Below, piece by piece: positions 21,934-32,411 of a stretch of DNA of 64,000 nucleotides. Under the pieces are notes generated by a model. That model was given only the letters and a program-made list of their open reading frames with translations, had not been told where the DNA came from and made no database searches. Numbering within the stretch: position 1 is the first letter of the stretch; each line of letters opens with the position of its first letter. The stretch lies in the NCBI RefSeq assembly GCF_030013595.1, contig NZ_CP122768.1. The stretch is one strand, 5' to 3'. This DNA is from Escherichia coli. Its GTDB lineage: Bacteria > Pseudomonadota > Gammaproteobacteria > Enterobacterales > Enterobacteriaceae. The position numbers and the translations under genes were made by a program.

Positions 21934-24900
21934 TTACTCGGTTACCGTTTGTTTAGGTTTACGCGAAAAACGCAGCCGCAGACGGTCGAAAAAGAGATAC
22001 ACCACCGGCGTGGTATACAGCGTAAGGAGCTGGCTCATTACCAGTCCGCCGACAATGGTGATCCCCAGGGGTTGCCGCAGCTCCGAGCCGTCGCCGCCCG
22101 ACAATACCAGCGGCAGCGCACCAAACAGCGCCGCCAGGGTAGTCATCATAATCGGGCGAAAACGCAGCAGACAGGCCTGGAAAATAGCTTCCTGCGGCGT
22201 CAGGTTACCGTGCCGTTGGGCTTCAAGCGCAAAATCGACCATCATAATGGCGTTTTTCTTCACGATGCCGATTAATAGCATGATCCCTATCAGGGCGATT
22301 AGGCTGAACGGGGCATTGAACAGCTCCAGCGCCAACAGCGCTCCAACGCCCGCCGAGGGCAGGGTGGAGAGAATCGTCAGCGGATGTACGTAACTCTCGT
22401 AAAGGATACCCAGCACGATATACACCGTGGCGATGGCGGCGATAATCAGGATCACCTGCGAGTTCATCGTCTCCTGGAACACCTGCGCCGTGCCGGCAAA
22501 ACTGCCGCGCACCGTCGAAGGCACACCAAGCTGGGTCATTGCGCGATCGATCGCCGCACTGGCGTCCGAGAGCGATTTTCCGGTCGGCAGGTTAAACGAA
22601 ATGGTCGAGGCCGCCGATAATCCCTGATGATTCACCGATAGTGGGGCATTCGCCGGTTGCCATTTAGCGAAATACGACAGCGGGATCGCTTTGCCTTCGT
22701 TATTGATAACGAACATTTTTTCCAGCGCACTGATGTCCTGGGTATAGCGCGGATCCACTTCCATCACCACTTTATACTGGTTCATCGGCTGGTAAATGGT
22801 CGAGATTTGCCGCTGACCGAAGGCGTTATTTAACAGACTGTTGGCGGCTTGTACGTCGATTCCCAGCCGTGCCATGGTGTCGCGGTCGTAAACCAGATTC
22901 ATCTCCGCGCCGTTATCCTGCTGATCGGAGTTCACGTCCGCCAGTTCCGGCAACGTCGCCAGTTTTTTGCGGATTTTCGGCTCCCATTCTCGCAGTGCCG
23001 CCAGGTCGTCGGATAACAACGTGTACTGGTAGCTGGCGTTCGACTGACGCCCACCAACGCGAATATCCTGTACCGCCATCAGGAACAGATTCGCCCCCGG
23101 TTCTTTCGCCAGTTTTACGCGCAGACGGTCGATAATTTGCTGCGCCGTTTCGCTGCGTTCGTCGCGTGGCTTGAGGGTGATAAACATCATCCCGCTGTTC
23201 ACTCGCGAACCGCCTGTAAAGCCGGTGACATTATCCACTGCCGGATCGTCACGGATAATTTTCATGAAATCCTGCAACTTACCGCGCATCGCCTGAAACG
23301 AAATACTCTGATCCGCCTGAATCCCGCCCATCAACACGCCAGTGTCCTGCTCCGGGAAGAAGGTTTTCGGGATCGAGATATACAGCCAGATATTCAGCGC
23401 AATGGTGCCAAGCAGCACCACGCCCACCAGACGGGTATGATTGAGCACCCATTTCAGTGACTTGCCGTAGCCTTGTTGCAGGGCTACCAACATGCGACCA
23501 AAACCACGCAGTCGCTTTTGCTCGCGCGGCTTGCTGGCTTTCAGCATCCAGCCACACATCATTGGCGTTAATGTCAGAGAAACCAGCAACGATATACCAA
23601 TGGCGACAGAAAGCGTCACGGCAAATTCGCGTAACAGTCGGCCCGGCAATCCGCCCATCAACAGCAGCGGCAGGAACACCGCCACCAGTGACAGACTCAT
23701 CGACAGCACCGTAAAACCGACTTCGCGAGTACCTTGCAGTGCGGCTTGCAACGGTTTCATTCCCGCTTCCAGATGACGTGCAATGTTTTCCAGCACCACG
23801 ATGGCGTCATCCACCACGAAACCAGTAGCGATGGTGAGCGCCATTAACGAAAGGTTATTGAGACTGAATCCGCACAGGTACATCGCCGCAAACGTACCAA
23901 TCAGCGAAACCGGCACCGAAACGGCGGGAATAATAGTGGCGCGACCCGAGCGCAGGAATAAAAACACCACCAGAATCACCAGCGCCACCGAGATAATCAG
24001 CGTTTGCTCGACTTCTTCCAGCGAGGCGCGAATGGTGGGGGAGCGATCCTGGGCAATTTGCAGATCAATCGCCGCCGGAATGGTTTCCTGCAACTCCGGT
24101 AATTTTGCCCGGATGCTGTCAACCGTCTGGATAATATTGGCTTCCGGCAGTTTGCGGATCATCAGTAAAATAGCCGGTTTGGCGTTGGTCATCCCGGCGT
24201 TGCGCACATCCTGCACTGAGTCGGTCACCGTCGCCACATCGCCCAGACGAACCGCGCCGCCGTTGTTGTAGTGAATAATCAACGGCTGATATTCAGCGGC
24301 GGTTTTTAGCTCATCATTGGTCTGGATCTGCCAGCGGTGAGTGCCATCTTCCAGCGCGCCCTGCGGTTTACGCACGTTGGCATTGCTGACGGCGGTGCGT
24401 ACGTCGTCCAGCGACACGCCCTGATTAAACAGCGCCTGCGGATTCAGCCCGACGCGTACGGCGGGCAGTGAGCTGCCTCCGACATCGACATCACCAACAC
24501 CGTCGATTTGCGAAATCGTCGGAGCCAGCTGCGTCGAGGCGAAATCGTACAGTTCACCCTGCGAATAAGTATCGGACGTCAGCGTGAGGATCATAATTGG
24601 TGCATCCGACGGGTTCGCTTTGCGATAGGTCGGGCGGCTGGGCATCCCACTGGGCAGCAAACTTTGTGCAGCGTTGATCGCCGCCTGCACATCACGCGCT
24701 GCGCCGTTGATATCCCGGTCAAAATCAAACTGCAAAATAATACGCGTGCTGCCGAGCGAACTGCTGGAGGTCATTTCACTGACTCCGGCAATGCGCCCAA
24801 GTGAGCGCTCCAGCGGCGTGGCAACGGAAGACGCCATTGTTTCTGGTGACGCACCGGGCAGCGAGGCGCTGACCATAATCACCGGAAAATCGACCTGCGG

Positions 24901-25011
24901 CAGCGGGGCGACCGGCAGCATACGGAAGCCCAGTATGCCGCACAGGGTAATGGCAACCGACAGTAAAATCGTCGCCACCGGACGGTAAATGAAGAGGGCA
25001 AAAAACTTCAC
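21934..25011 (-). CDS. mdtC: RND multidrug efflux pump subunit
   Basis: 1025-aa ORF of AcrB/RND topology; recognised as MdtC. Confidence 0.92.
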   Translation of the reverse strand: MKFFALFIYRPVATILLSVAITLCGILGFRMLPVAPLPQVDFPVIMVSASLPGASPETMASSVATPLERSLGRIAGVSEMTSSSSLGSTRIILQFDFDRDINGAARDVQAAINAAQSLLPSGMPSRPTYRKANPSDAPIMILTLTSDTYSQGELYDFASTQLAPTISQIDGVGDVDVGGSSLPAVRVGLNPQALFNQGVSLDDVRTAVSNANVRKPQGALEDGTHRWQIQTNDELKTAAEYQPLIIHYNNGGAVRLGDVATVTDSVQDVRNAGMTNAKPAILLMIRKLPEANIIQTVDSIRAKLPELQETIPAAIDLQIAQDRSPTIRASLEEVEQTLIISVALVILVVFLFLRSGRATIIPAVSVPVSLIGTFAAMYLCGFSLNNLSLMALTIATGFVVDDAIVVLENIARHLEAGMKPLQAALQGTREVGFTVLSMSLSLVAVFLPLLLMGGLPGRLLREFAVTLSVAIGISLLVSLTLTPMMCGWMLKASKPREQKRLRGFGRMLVALQQGYGKSLKWVLNHTRLVGVVLLGTIALNIWLYISIPKTFFPEQDTGVLMGGIQADQSISFQAMRGKLQDFMKIIRDDPAVDNVTGFTGGSRVNSGMMFITLKPRDERSETAQQIIDRLRVKLAKEPGANLFLMAVQDIRVGGRQSNASYQYTLLSDDLAALREWEPKIRKKLATLPELADVNSDQQDNGAEMNLVYDRDTMARLGIDVQAANSLLNNAFGQRQISTIYQPMNQYKVVMEVDPRYTQDISALEKMFVINNEGKAIPLSYFAKWQPANAPLSVNHQGLSAASTISFNLPTGKSLSDASAAIDRAMTQLGVPSTVRGSFAGTAQVFQETMNSQVILIIAAIATVYIVLGILYESYVHPLTILSTLPSAGVGALLALELFNAPFSLIALIGIMLLIGIVKKNAIMMVDFALEAQRHGNLTPQEAIFQACLLRFRPIMMTTLAALFGALPLVLSGGDGSELRQPLGITIVGGLVMSQLLTLYTTPVVYLFFDRLRLRFSRKPKQTVTE

Positions 25012-28000
25012 TTACGCCTCCTCTTCATGACGGGCAAAGCGGCTTTTGGTCCACAATGCCAGGCGGTCGAACAGCAGATAAATCACCGGCGTGGTGAACA
25101 GCGTCAGCACCTGGCTGACAATCAGGCCGCCGACCATGCCGATACCTAACGGACGACGCAGTTCCGCGCCGACCCCGGTACTCAACATCAGCGGCAGCGC
25201 GCCAAGCAGAGCCGCCAGGGTGGTCATCAGGATCGGACGAAAACGCAACAGACAAGCCTGGTAGATTGCCTCGCGCGGCGACATGCCTTGCTCGCGCTCG
25301 GCAGCCAGCGCGAAGTCGATCATCATGATGGCGTTCTTCTTCACGATACCGATCAGCAAAATAATGCCGATAATCGCAATCACATCCAGTTCGCTACCAG
25401 CAATCAGCAACGCCAGCAGTGCGCCAACCCCTGCGGTGGGTAGCGTCGAGAGAATGGTGATCGGGTGAATAAAGCTCTCGTACAGAATGCCGAGCACGAT
25501 ATACATCGCCACCACCGCCGCGACAATCAGCCAGACAGTGCTGCCCAGCGCCGACTGGAAGGCGAGGGTGCTGCCCTGGAACTGCGTGGTGATATCCACC
25601 GGCAGATTCAGCGTCTTTTCGGTGTCCATAATCGCCTGCACCGCATCGCCCAGCGAATAGTTATCCGGCACGTTAAAGGAGATGGTCGTTACCGGGAACT
25701 GATCCAGATGGTTGATGGAGAGCGGCGCAAAACGCTGCTCAATTTTGGCAATTGAGCTTAGCGGCACCACGCCGCCGTCGCTGCTGGTCAGGCGAATGGT
25801 ATCCAGCGCCGCGAGGCCTGGGGTATTTTCGGTGTTGTGCTCCAGCACCACGCGATACTGGTTGGCCTGAGTATAAATAGTGGAAATCAGCCGCTGACCA
25901 AACGCGTTGTACAGGGCGTTATCGACATCCGCCATGCTGATCCCCAGACGGCTGGCGCTGTCGCGATCAACATTGACATACGCCACCAGCCCTTTGTCCT
26001 GCCAGTCGCTGGAGACATCAGAAAGCTGTGGCAGTTGCTGGAGTTTTTCCATCAACTGTGGCACCCAGGTACTGAGCGCATCCAGTGACGTGGCCTGCAA
26101 GGTAAACTGGTACTGGGTGCGGCTGACCTGAGTATCAATAGTCAGATCCTGCGTTGGTTGCAGGAAGAGATCGACGCCCGGCACTTTATCTACCGCCGTT
26201 TGCAGACGGGCGATGACTTTTTGCACCCGATCATCACGTTCATCCAACGGTTTGAGGTTGATTTGTAAACGTGCACTGTTCAGCGACGGGTTAGTGCCAT
26301 CAACGCCAACAAATGAGGTCAGGCTTTGCACTGCCGGATCCTGCAAAATCACGTCCGCGACCTGGCGTTGTCGCTGGGCCATATTGGCAAAGGAGCTGGA
26401 TTGCGGTGCCTGCAAAGTGCCCTGAATAATGCCATTGTCCTGTACCGGGAAGAAACCTTTCGGAATGAACACCCACAGCAGCACGCTAAGCAGCAGCGTG
26501 CTGAGTGCCACGCTTAAGGTCAGCCACGGATGATTCAGCACTTTCGCCAGTCCACGACCATAGGCGGCGATTATCCTGTCGAACATTTTTTCCGAGGCAC
26601 GGGAGAAGCGGTTCTGTTTACGCAACGACTCCTGGCTGAGCATCCGCGCGCACATCATCGGTGTCAGGGTCAGCGACACCACCGCTGAGATCAAAATCGC
26701 TACCGCCAGGGTAATAGCAAATTCGCGGAACAGTCGCCCGACGATATCGCCCATAAACAGCAGTGGGATCAACACCGCAATCAGCGAGAAGGTCAGCGAG
26801 ATAATGGTAAAGCCGATTTCACCTGCGCCCTTGAGCGCCGCCGCCAACGGTTTTTCGCCTTTTTCGATATAGCGGGAAATGTTTTCGATCACCACGATGG
26901 CGTCATCGACCACGAATCCGGTGGCGATAGTTAACGCCATCAGCGTCAGGTTATTGATTGAAAAATCGAGAAACACCATGACCGCGAAGGTGCCGATTAA
27001 CGACAGCGGCACTGCGAAGCCGGGAATGATGGTCGCCGGAATATTGCGCAAAAACAGGTAGATAATCATGACTACCAGCGCGATAGCCATCATCAATTCA
27101 AACTGGGTATCGTTGACCGATGCGCGGATATTGGTGGTGCGATCGGAAAGCACTGTTACCTTCACCGATTTCGGCAGACTCTCGGTGAGCTGTGGCAGCA
27201 TCTGCCGGATGCTGTCGGCGGTGGAGATAATGTTAGCACCGGGCTGGCGCTGAACATTCATCACAATGGCCTGTTCTTTGTTCGCCCATGCGCCAAGCCA
27301 GCTGTTTTCTGCACCTTGCTCTACGGTTGCGACATCGCCAAGACGAATCGGCGCGCCGTTCTGGTAGGCGATGATTAGCTGGCGATACTCTTCGGCGGAT
27401 TGCATCTGGTCGTTCGCGGAAAGCGTGACCGCACGGGAAGGGCCGTCGAGGCTACCTTTTGCCGAGTTAACGTTAGCGCCGGTAATGGCGGTGCGCACGG
27501 TTTCGCTGGTCAGGCCGAGGGCGGCAATCGCCTGAGCGTTAAGTTTGACGCGAACAGCCGGACGCTGACCGCCGGAAAGCGTCACCAGGCCGACGCCGGA
27601 AATCTGCGAGATTTTCTGCGCGACGCGGGTTTCCACCATATCTTCCACTTGCGTCATCGGCATGGCGGTTGAGGTGACGGCGAGCGTCATGATCGGCGGA
27701 TCTGCCGGGTTCACTTTGCTGTAAACCGGCGGGTTAGGCAGATCGCTCGGTAGCAGGTTAGTGGCGGCGTTAATCGCGGCCTGCACTTCCTGCTCGGCGA
27801 CATCGAGCGGTAATGTTAGCTGGAACTGTAAGGTGATAACTGACGCACCGCCGGAACTTTGCGACGACATCTGTTTCAGGCCAGACATCTGCCCGAACTG
27901 GCGTTCTAGCGGCGCGGTAACGGCAGAGGTCATGACATCCGGGCTGGCACCTGGGTAGAGCGTGACCACCTGAATGGTCGGATAGTCCACTTCCGGCAGC

Positions 28001-28134
28001 GCCGAAACGGGCAGGGCGCGATAACCGATAATCCCGGCGAGTAAGATCGCCACCATCAGCAGCGTGGTGGCCACAGGACGCATAATAAACAGGCGCGACG
28101 GGCCGCCTGTGCTGCTCGGGGGTAACACCTGCAT
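25012..28134 (-). CDS. mdtB: RND multidrug efflux pump subunit
   Basis: 1040-aa ORF ([26 protein letters not shown]...) recognised as MdtB. Confidence 0.92.
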   Translation of the reverse strand: MQVLPPSSTGGPSRLFIMRPVATTLLMVAILLAGIIGYRALPVSALPEVDYPTIQVVTLYPGASPDVMTSAVTAPLERQFGQMSGLKQMSSQSSGGASVITLQFQLTLPLDVAEQEVQAAINAATNLLPSDLPNPPVYSKVNPADPPIMTLAVTSTAMPMTQVEDMVETRVAQKISQISGVGLVTLSGGQRPAVRVKLNAQAIAALGLTSETVRTAITGANVNSAKGSLDGPSRAVTLSANDQMQSAEEYRQLIIAYQNGAPIRLGDVATVEQGAENSWLGAWANKEQAIVMNVQRQPGANIISTADSIRQMLPQLTESLPKSVKVTVLSDRTTNIRASVNDTQFELMMAIALVVMIIYLFLRNIPATIIPGFAVPLSLIGTFAVMVFLDFSINNLTLMALTIATGFVVDDAIVVIENISRYIEKGEKPLAAALKGAGEIGFTIISLTFSLIAVLIPLLFMGDIVGRLFREFAITLAVAILISAVVSLTLTPMMCARMLSQESLRKQNRFSRASEKMFDRIIAAYGRGLAKVLNHPWLTLSVALSTLLLSVLLWVFIPKGFFPVQDNGIIQGTLQAPQSSSFANMAQRQRQVADVILQDPAVQSLTSFVGVDGTNPSLNSARLQINLKPLDERDDRVQKVIARLQTAVDKVPGVDLFLQPTQDLTIDTQVSRTQYQFTLQATSLDALSTWVPQLMEKLQQLPQLSDVSSDWQDKGLVAYVNVDRDSASRLGISMADVDNALYNAFGQRLISTIYTQANQYRVVLEHNTENTPGLAALDTIRLTSSDGGVVPLSSIAKIEQRFAPLSINHLDQFPVTTISFNVPDNYSLGDAVQAIMDTEKTLNLPVDITTQFQGSTLAFQSALGSTVWLIVAAVVAMYIVLGILYESFIHPITILSTLPTAGVGALLALLIAGSELDVIAIIGIILLIGIVKKNAIMMIDFALAAEREQGMSPREAIYQACLLRFRPILMTTLAALLGALPLMLSTGVGAELRRPLGIGMVGGLIVSQVLTLFTTPVIYLLFDRLALWTKSRFARHEEEA

Positions 28135-29381
28135 CAGGAGCGTGCTCCTTTTTTCGCGTATTCGCGGCTGGTGGCTTTCTCTTCCGGAGTAGTGGCGCTC
28201 TGGGCTTCCACCACTTCCACTTTCGCCCCTTCGGTCAGGCGATCAATGCCGTCTGTCACCACGCGATCGCCCGCAGAAATACCTGCACGGATCACCACTT
28301 TCTGACTGTCCTGAATGCCCGGCGTCACCAGATGTTTGCTGACCTTGTTTTCGCTATTCAGCACCCAGACAAAATGGCCTTCATTGCCCATTTGCAGGGC
28401 GGCTGTTGGGATCACTACGGCGTTTTGTTCGGTGTCGACTAACATGCGCGCGTTAACAAACTGATTGGGAAACAGCGCATCATCCTGATTATTAAAGCGT
28501 GCTTTCACTTTAATCGTACCGGTAGTGGCATCGATTTGGTTATCTAGACTTAACAGCGTGCCTTCACTTAATTTCTTCGAGTTGGTGCGATCCCAGGCTT
28601 CTACCACCAGCGGTTTTCCGGCTTTCTGCGCCTGCACTACGGTAGCGATATCGCTTTCCGGCAGGGTAAAGACTAAATCGATAGGATGCGTCTGGGTGAT
28701 CACCACGATCCCGGTGGTATCACCACTGGAGATTTGGTTACCAACATCAACCTGCTTGAGACCAACGCGACCATCGACTGGTGCGGTAATCCGGCTCCAG
28801 TCGAGTTGCAGCTGCGCGCTGGCAACGCTTGCTTCATCAGCCTTAATGGTGCCTTCGGTTTCACTGACCAGCGCCTGTTGGGCATCCAGCTCCTGGCGGG
28901 AAACGAGATTGGTTTTTGCCAGTTGTTGATAACGCGCCAGGTCACGGCGGGCGTTGGCAAGCGTGGCTTTATCTTTTGCCAGTTGGCCCTGGGCTTGTGC
29001 TAATGCAACTTTGAACTGGCTGGGGTCAATTTCTGCCAGTAAATCGCCTGCTTTGACCTGCTGGCCTTCCTGGAAATGTAACGCTATCAGTTGGCCGTCC
29101 ACGCGGCTGCGCACCGTAACGGTATTAGCGGCGGTAATGGTGCCAAGCCCGGTGAGGTAACGCGGAACTGCCTGTTCTACGGCGGTCGCCGCCTGAACCG
29201 GGGCTAATGGGCCGGAACGCATACCACGTCGACCACCCGCTGGCGATTGCTGCGCTTGTTTCGTCGCCCCTGGGGCTGCACTCCGGGAGTCATTGCGGCC
29301 TTGCCAGAACCAGAATGCGGCGATGGCGGCGATAACCACCACGATTACGATTACCCAACGGGATTTATAACTACCTTTCAT
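28134..29381 (-). CDS. mdtA: RND efflux periplasmic adaptor (membrane fusion protein)
   Basis: ORF track extends to 29528; the internal ATG at 29381 ([23 protein letters not shown]...) gives 415 aa; stop overlaps the mdtB start. Confidence 0.88.
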   Translation of the reverse strand: MKGSYKSRWVIVIVVVIAAIAAFWFWQGRNDSRSAAPGATKQAQQSPAGGRRGMRSGPLAPVQAATAVEQAVPRYLTGLGTITAANTVTVRSRVDGQLIALHFQEGQQVKAGDLLAEIDPSQFKVALAQAQGQLAKDKATLANARRDLARYQQLAKTNLVSRQELDAQQALVSETEGTIKADEASVASAQLQLDWSRITAPVDGRVGLKQVDVGNQISSGDTTGIVVITQTHPIDLVFTLPESDIATVVQAQKAGKPLVVEAWDRTNSKKLSEGTLLSLDNQIDATTGTIKVKARFNNQDDALFPNQFVNARMLVDTEQNAVVIPTAALQMGNEGHFVWVLNSENKVSKHLVTPGIQDSQKVVIRAGISAGDRVVTDGIDRLTEGAKVEVVEAQSATTPEEKATSREYAKKGARS

Positions 29382-29434
29382 CGTTAAGAGTTTCTCTTCC
29401 TGAAACGTTTCGCGGAATGATACTAGTGTAGCCA

Positions 29435-29452
29435 GCCAATAAGGGAGAAAAA
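29435..29452 (-). promoter_or_regulatory. candidate BaeR binding box in the mdtA promoter
   Basis: Minus-strand TTTTTCTCCCTTATTGGC, about 55-70 nt upstream of the mdtA start, closely matches the BaeR box consensus (TTTTTCTCCATDATTGGC) as I recall it. Confidence 0.5.
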
Positions 29453-29599
29453 TGGAGGAATTATGAAACACTGTCTGGAATCGTCTGAATGACGGGCACA
29501 TTTGCGAGCACGCATCCAGTAATAACACAGGAAACTATTTTATCTACGCGTTAGCGATAGACTGCTTGCATGGCGAAAGGAGGTAAGCCGACGATTTCA

Positions 29600-29740
29600 G
29601 CGGGACGCTGAAACGGGAAAGCCCCTCCCGAGGAAGGGGCCATAAATAAGGAAAGGGTCATGATGAAGCTACTCATCATCGTGGTGCTCTTAGTCATAAG
29701 CTTCCCCGCTTACTAAGACTACCAGGGCGGGGGAAACCCC
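29600..29740 (-). ncRNA. sibB: Sib-type antisense sRNA (antitoxin of ibsB); approximate bounds
   Basis: Established arrangement: Sib RNAs are transcribed antisense across ibs ORFs. A minus-strand hairpin plus T-rich tract lies near 29600-29640. Bounds not verifiable here. Confidence 0.35.
29660..29716 (+). CDS. ibsB: type I toxin, small hydrophobic peptide
   Basis: 18-codon ORF encoding MMKLLIIVVLLVISFPAY preceded by AAGGAAAGGG; matches the Ibs toxin family. Confidence 0.7.
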   Translation: MMKLLIIVVLLVISFPAY

Positions 29741-29929
29741 GCTCTACCCTCACTCCTGAAAGTATGCCTTCACGATAAGATTGTCAATCCGCAGGCTTTG
29801 TAGTCTGCGATCCTGCCAGCAAATATTCTTTGCGAGTCGTTACGCAATAATCACAGAGGAAACTATTTTATTCACGCGTTAGCGATAGACTGCATTCAGG
29901 GCGAAAGGAGGTAAGCCGATGATTTCAGC

Positions 29930-30070
29930 GGGACGCTGAAACGGGAAAGCCTCTCCCGGAGAAGAGGGCTTTTAATAAGGAAAGGGTTATGATGAAGCAC
30001 GTCATCATACTGGTGATACTCTTAGTGATTAGCTTCCAGGCTTACTAAGAACACCAGGGGGAGGGGGAAA
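29930..30070 (-). ncRNA. sibA: Sib-type antisense sRNA (antitoxin of ibsA); approximate bounds
   Basis: Second copy of the repeat unit; inferred by analogy with the first copy. Confidence 0.35.
29989..30048 (+). CDS. ibsA: type I toxin, small hydrophobic peptide
   Basis: 19-codon ORF encoding MMKHVIILVILLVISFQAY preceded by AAGGAAAGGG. Confidence 0.7.
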   Translation: MMKHVIILVILLVISFQAY

Positions 30071-30268
30071 CCTCTCCCTAACCCTCACTCCTGAAATTAT
30101 GTCACTCCGCCCTTAGTGTCAATCGACGGCTCTCCGTTCTTGCGAGGCGAATAGCAAAATTTTCTGCGCCGCCGGGCCTAATTCTGAAAGTTTCTTCGTT
30201 TGCTCTTATTTCATTATTGCAGTCGGTATGATACCGGACCTCGATAATTCTCTAAGAAAGGATTTCTT

Positions 30269-30928
30269 ATGAGCGAACAAATCACGTTTGCCACCAGCGA
30301 TTTTGCCAGTAACCCGGAACCACGTTGCCCCTGCATTTTGCTGCTGGATGTTTCTGGTTCTATGAACGGTAGACCTATTAATGAACTTAACGCCGGATTG
30401 GTTACCTTTCGTGATGAACTGCTTGCTGATCCGCTGGCTTTAAAAAGAGTGGAACTCGGCATTGTGACGTTCGGCCCGGTGCATGTGGAACAACCCTTTA
30501 CCAGCGCCGCTAATTTTTTTCCGCCCATCCTGTTTGCCCAGGGCGATACACCAATGGGTGCGGCCATTACCAAAGCCCTGGATATGGTAGAGGAGCGGAA
30601 ACGTGAGTATCGTGCAAATGGTATTTCGTATTATCGCCCGTGGATTTTCCTGATTACCGATGGTGCACCAACCGATGAGTGGCAGGCTGCAGCCAACAAA
30701 GTGTTTCGGGGGGAAGAAGATAAAAGGTTTGCTTTCTTTTCCATCGGTGTTCAGGGGGCGGATATGAAGACGCTGGCACAAATTAGCGTTCGTCAGCCTT
30801 TGCCTCTGCAAGGATTACAATTCCGTGAACTGTTTAGCTGGTTATCCAGTTCGCTGCGTTCGGTTTCCCGCTCCACGCCGGGAACGGAAGTTGTGCTGGA
30901 AGCGCCAAAAGGCTGGACGTCAGTGTGA
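30269..30928 (+). CDS. yegL: von Willebrand factor A (vWA) domain protein, TerY-like
   Basis: 219-aa ORF with a MIDAS motif (LLLDVSGSM ... ITDGAPTD); recognised as YegL. Confidence 0.88.
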
Positions 30929-31686
30929 GCTGGCGTCTGGTCTATGCATCAACCGTTGGAACGTCGCACATCAGCGCGGACTTGCCTTGTCAGGATGCCT
31001 GCCAGATGCAGATTGCCTGGTTAAATGACCAGCAGCCATTATTGTCGGTATTTGTCGCTGATGGCGCAGGCAGTGTCTCGCAGGGTGGCGAAGGCGCGAT
31101 GCTCGCCGTCAATGAAGCGATGGCTTATATGTCGCAAAAAGTGCAGGGCGGGGAATTGGGGCTTAATGATGTCCTCGCCACAAATATGGTACTGACCATT
31201 CGTCAACGACTTTTTGCCGAGGCGGAAGCCAAAGAATTAGCGGTTCGCGATTTTGCCTGCACATTTCTGGGACTGATTTCATCGCCTGACGGCACCTTGA
31301 TTATGCAGATTGGCGATGGCGGCGTGGTGGTAGATTTGGGTCACGGTCTGCAATTGCCTCTCACGCCGATGGCGGGTGAATATGCCAACATGACGCACTT
31401 CATTACCGACGAAGATGCCGTTTCCAGACTGGAAACTTTCACCAGCACTGGGCGTGCGCACAAAGTTGCAGCATTTACGGATGGTATCCAGCGACTGGCG
31501 TTAAATATGCTGGATAATTCTCCTCATGTGCCTTTCTTTACCCCGTTTTTCAATGGACTGGCGGCAGCAACGCAGGAACAACTCGATTTATTACCTGAAT
31601 TGTTAAAGCAGTTTTTGTCCAGCCCGGCGGTAAACGAGCGTACGGATGATGATAAAACGTTGGCACTGGCGCTGTGGGCAGAGTGA
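30925..31686 (+). CDS. pphC: PP2C-family Ser/Thr protein phosphatase
   Basis: 253-aa ORF (YegK); GTG start overlaps the yegL stop (GTGA), implying translational coupling; VADGAGS / IGDGG motifs fit a PP2C fold. Confidence 0.85.
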
Positions 31687-31750
31687 GTTTCTCATGGCGG
31701 TTGAAGACAACAATTCAACCGCCAGTTTAAACAATAAATATAACGGCTGA

Positions 31751-32212
31751 TTAGCGAACTAATTTTGCTCTTAGCTCGTCGGCTTCTTCTTTTGGATAGG
31801 TGACCAATAAAGGATCAATGGTATAACCGCCGTAAATTTTATCCCCGCGCGTATACATCCAGTCTGAAATATCTTCTTTCTTGATTTTCCACTCCTGGCC
31901 ATATTCTACGTTTGTAACAATACCAGGGTCATTGCTGATTACGCCAATAAACATGCCGTTAGAATAAGTGACATCCGTAAGCCAGAAATGCTCGGTTCTT
32001 CCGTGATCGGTTATCGGGGCTTTGACTGCGAAAGTATCGGCATCTTTTTTATTCATAACCTCGATGAATTTATCGGTTTCTTTCCGCGCATGTTTAATCG
32101 CGTCAGACATCGCTTGTTTATCATAACCTCCCGTCACTAACGTATCCGAAACTTCACTAAAGCCCGCGGTAGTAAAAAATAGCAGACTCAACATAAGTAA
32201 TATCTTTTTCAT
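31751..32212 (-). CDS. yegJ: secreted DUF-type protein of unknown function
   Basis: 153-aa ORF with an N-terminal signal peptide (MKKILLMLSLLFFTTAGFS); AT-rich relative to neighbours. Confidence 0.8.
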   Translation of the reverse strand: MKKILLMLSLLFFTTAGFSEVSDTLVTGGYDKQAMSDAIKHARKETDKFIEVMNKKDADTFAVKAPITDHGRTEHFWLTDVTYSNGMFIGVISNDPGIVTNVEYGQEWKIKKEDISDWMYTRGDKIYGGYTIDPLLVTYPKEEADELRAKLVR

Positions 32213-32411
32213 TTTTTCTCCAGAATCCCTTTGTAGTCAAAGTTAGCAAAAACCTGTGGAAGTTAATCATTATCAGGCCGAAATTGAATTGTATCCTGAT
32301 AAAATTGCATTATCATTTTTATTCTTGAGTGGGTTTTCCCCATATAGAAATAATTTTAATGGTTAGTTGTTATTATTCATTGAAATATAATATAACTACC
32401 CGCGAAATATT

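Larger units (their letters stand above)
29525..30170. repeat. tandem direct duplication (about 325-bp unit) carrying the ibs/sib loci
   Basis: Two units share long near-identical blocks (AAACTATTTTAT...GCGTTAGCGATAGACTG...GGCGAAAGGAGGTAAGCCGA...TTTCAGCGGGACGCTGAAACGGGAAAGCC...AAGGAAAGGG-ATGATGAAG...). Confidence 0.8.

Noticed and set aside
21347-22393. Several overlapping ORFs (186, 203 and 124 aa) at the mdtD/mdtC junction on both strands
   Set aside because: All overlap the long, well-supported transporter genes; their products are Arg/Ser-rich with no domain signal. Frame artefacts.
28134-29528. Longer 464-aa mdtA from the ORF-track start
   Set aside because: The extension would be translated across the BaeR box and promoter region; the internal ATG at 29381 yields a typical signal-anchor N-terminus.
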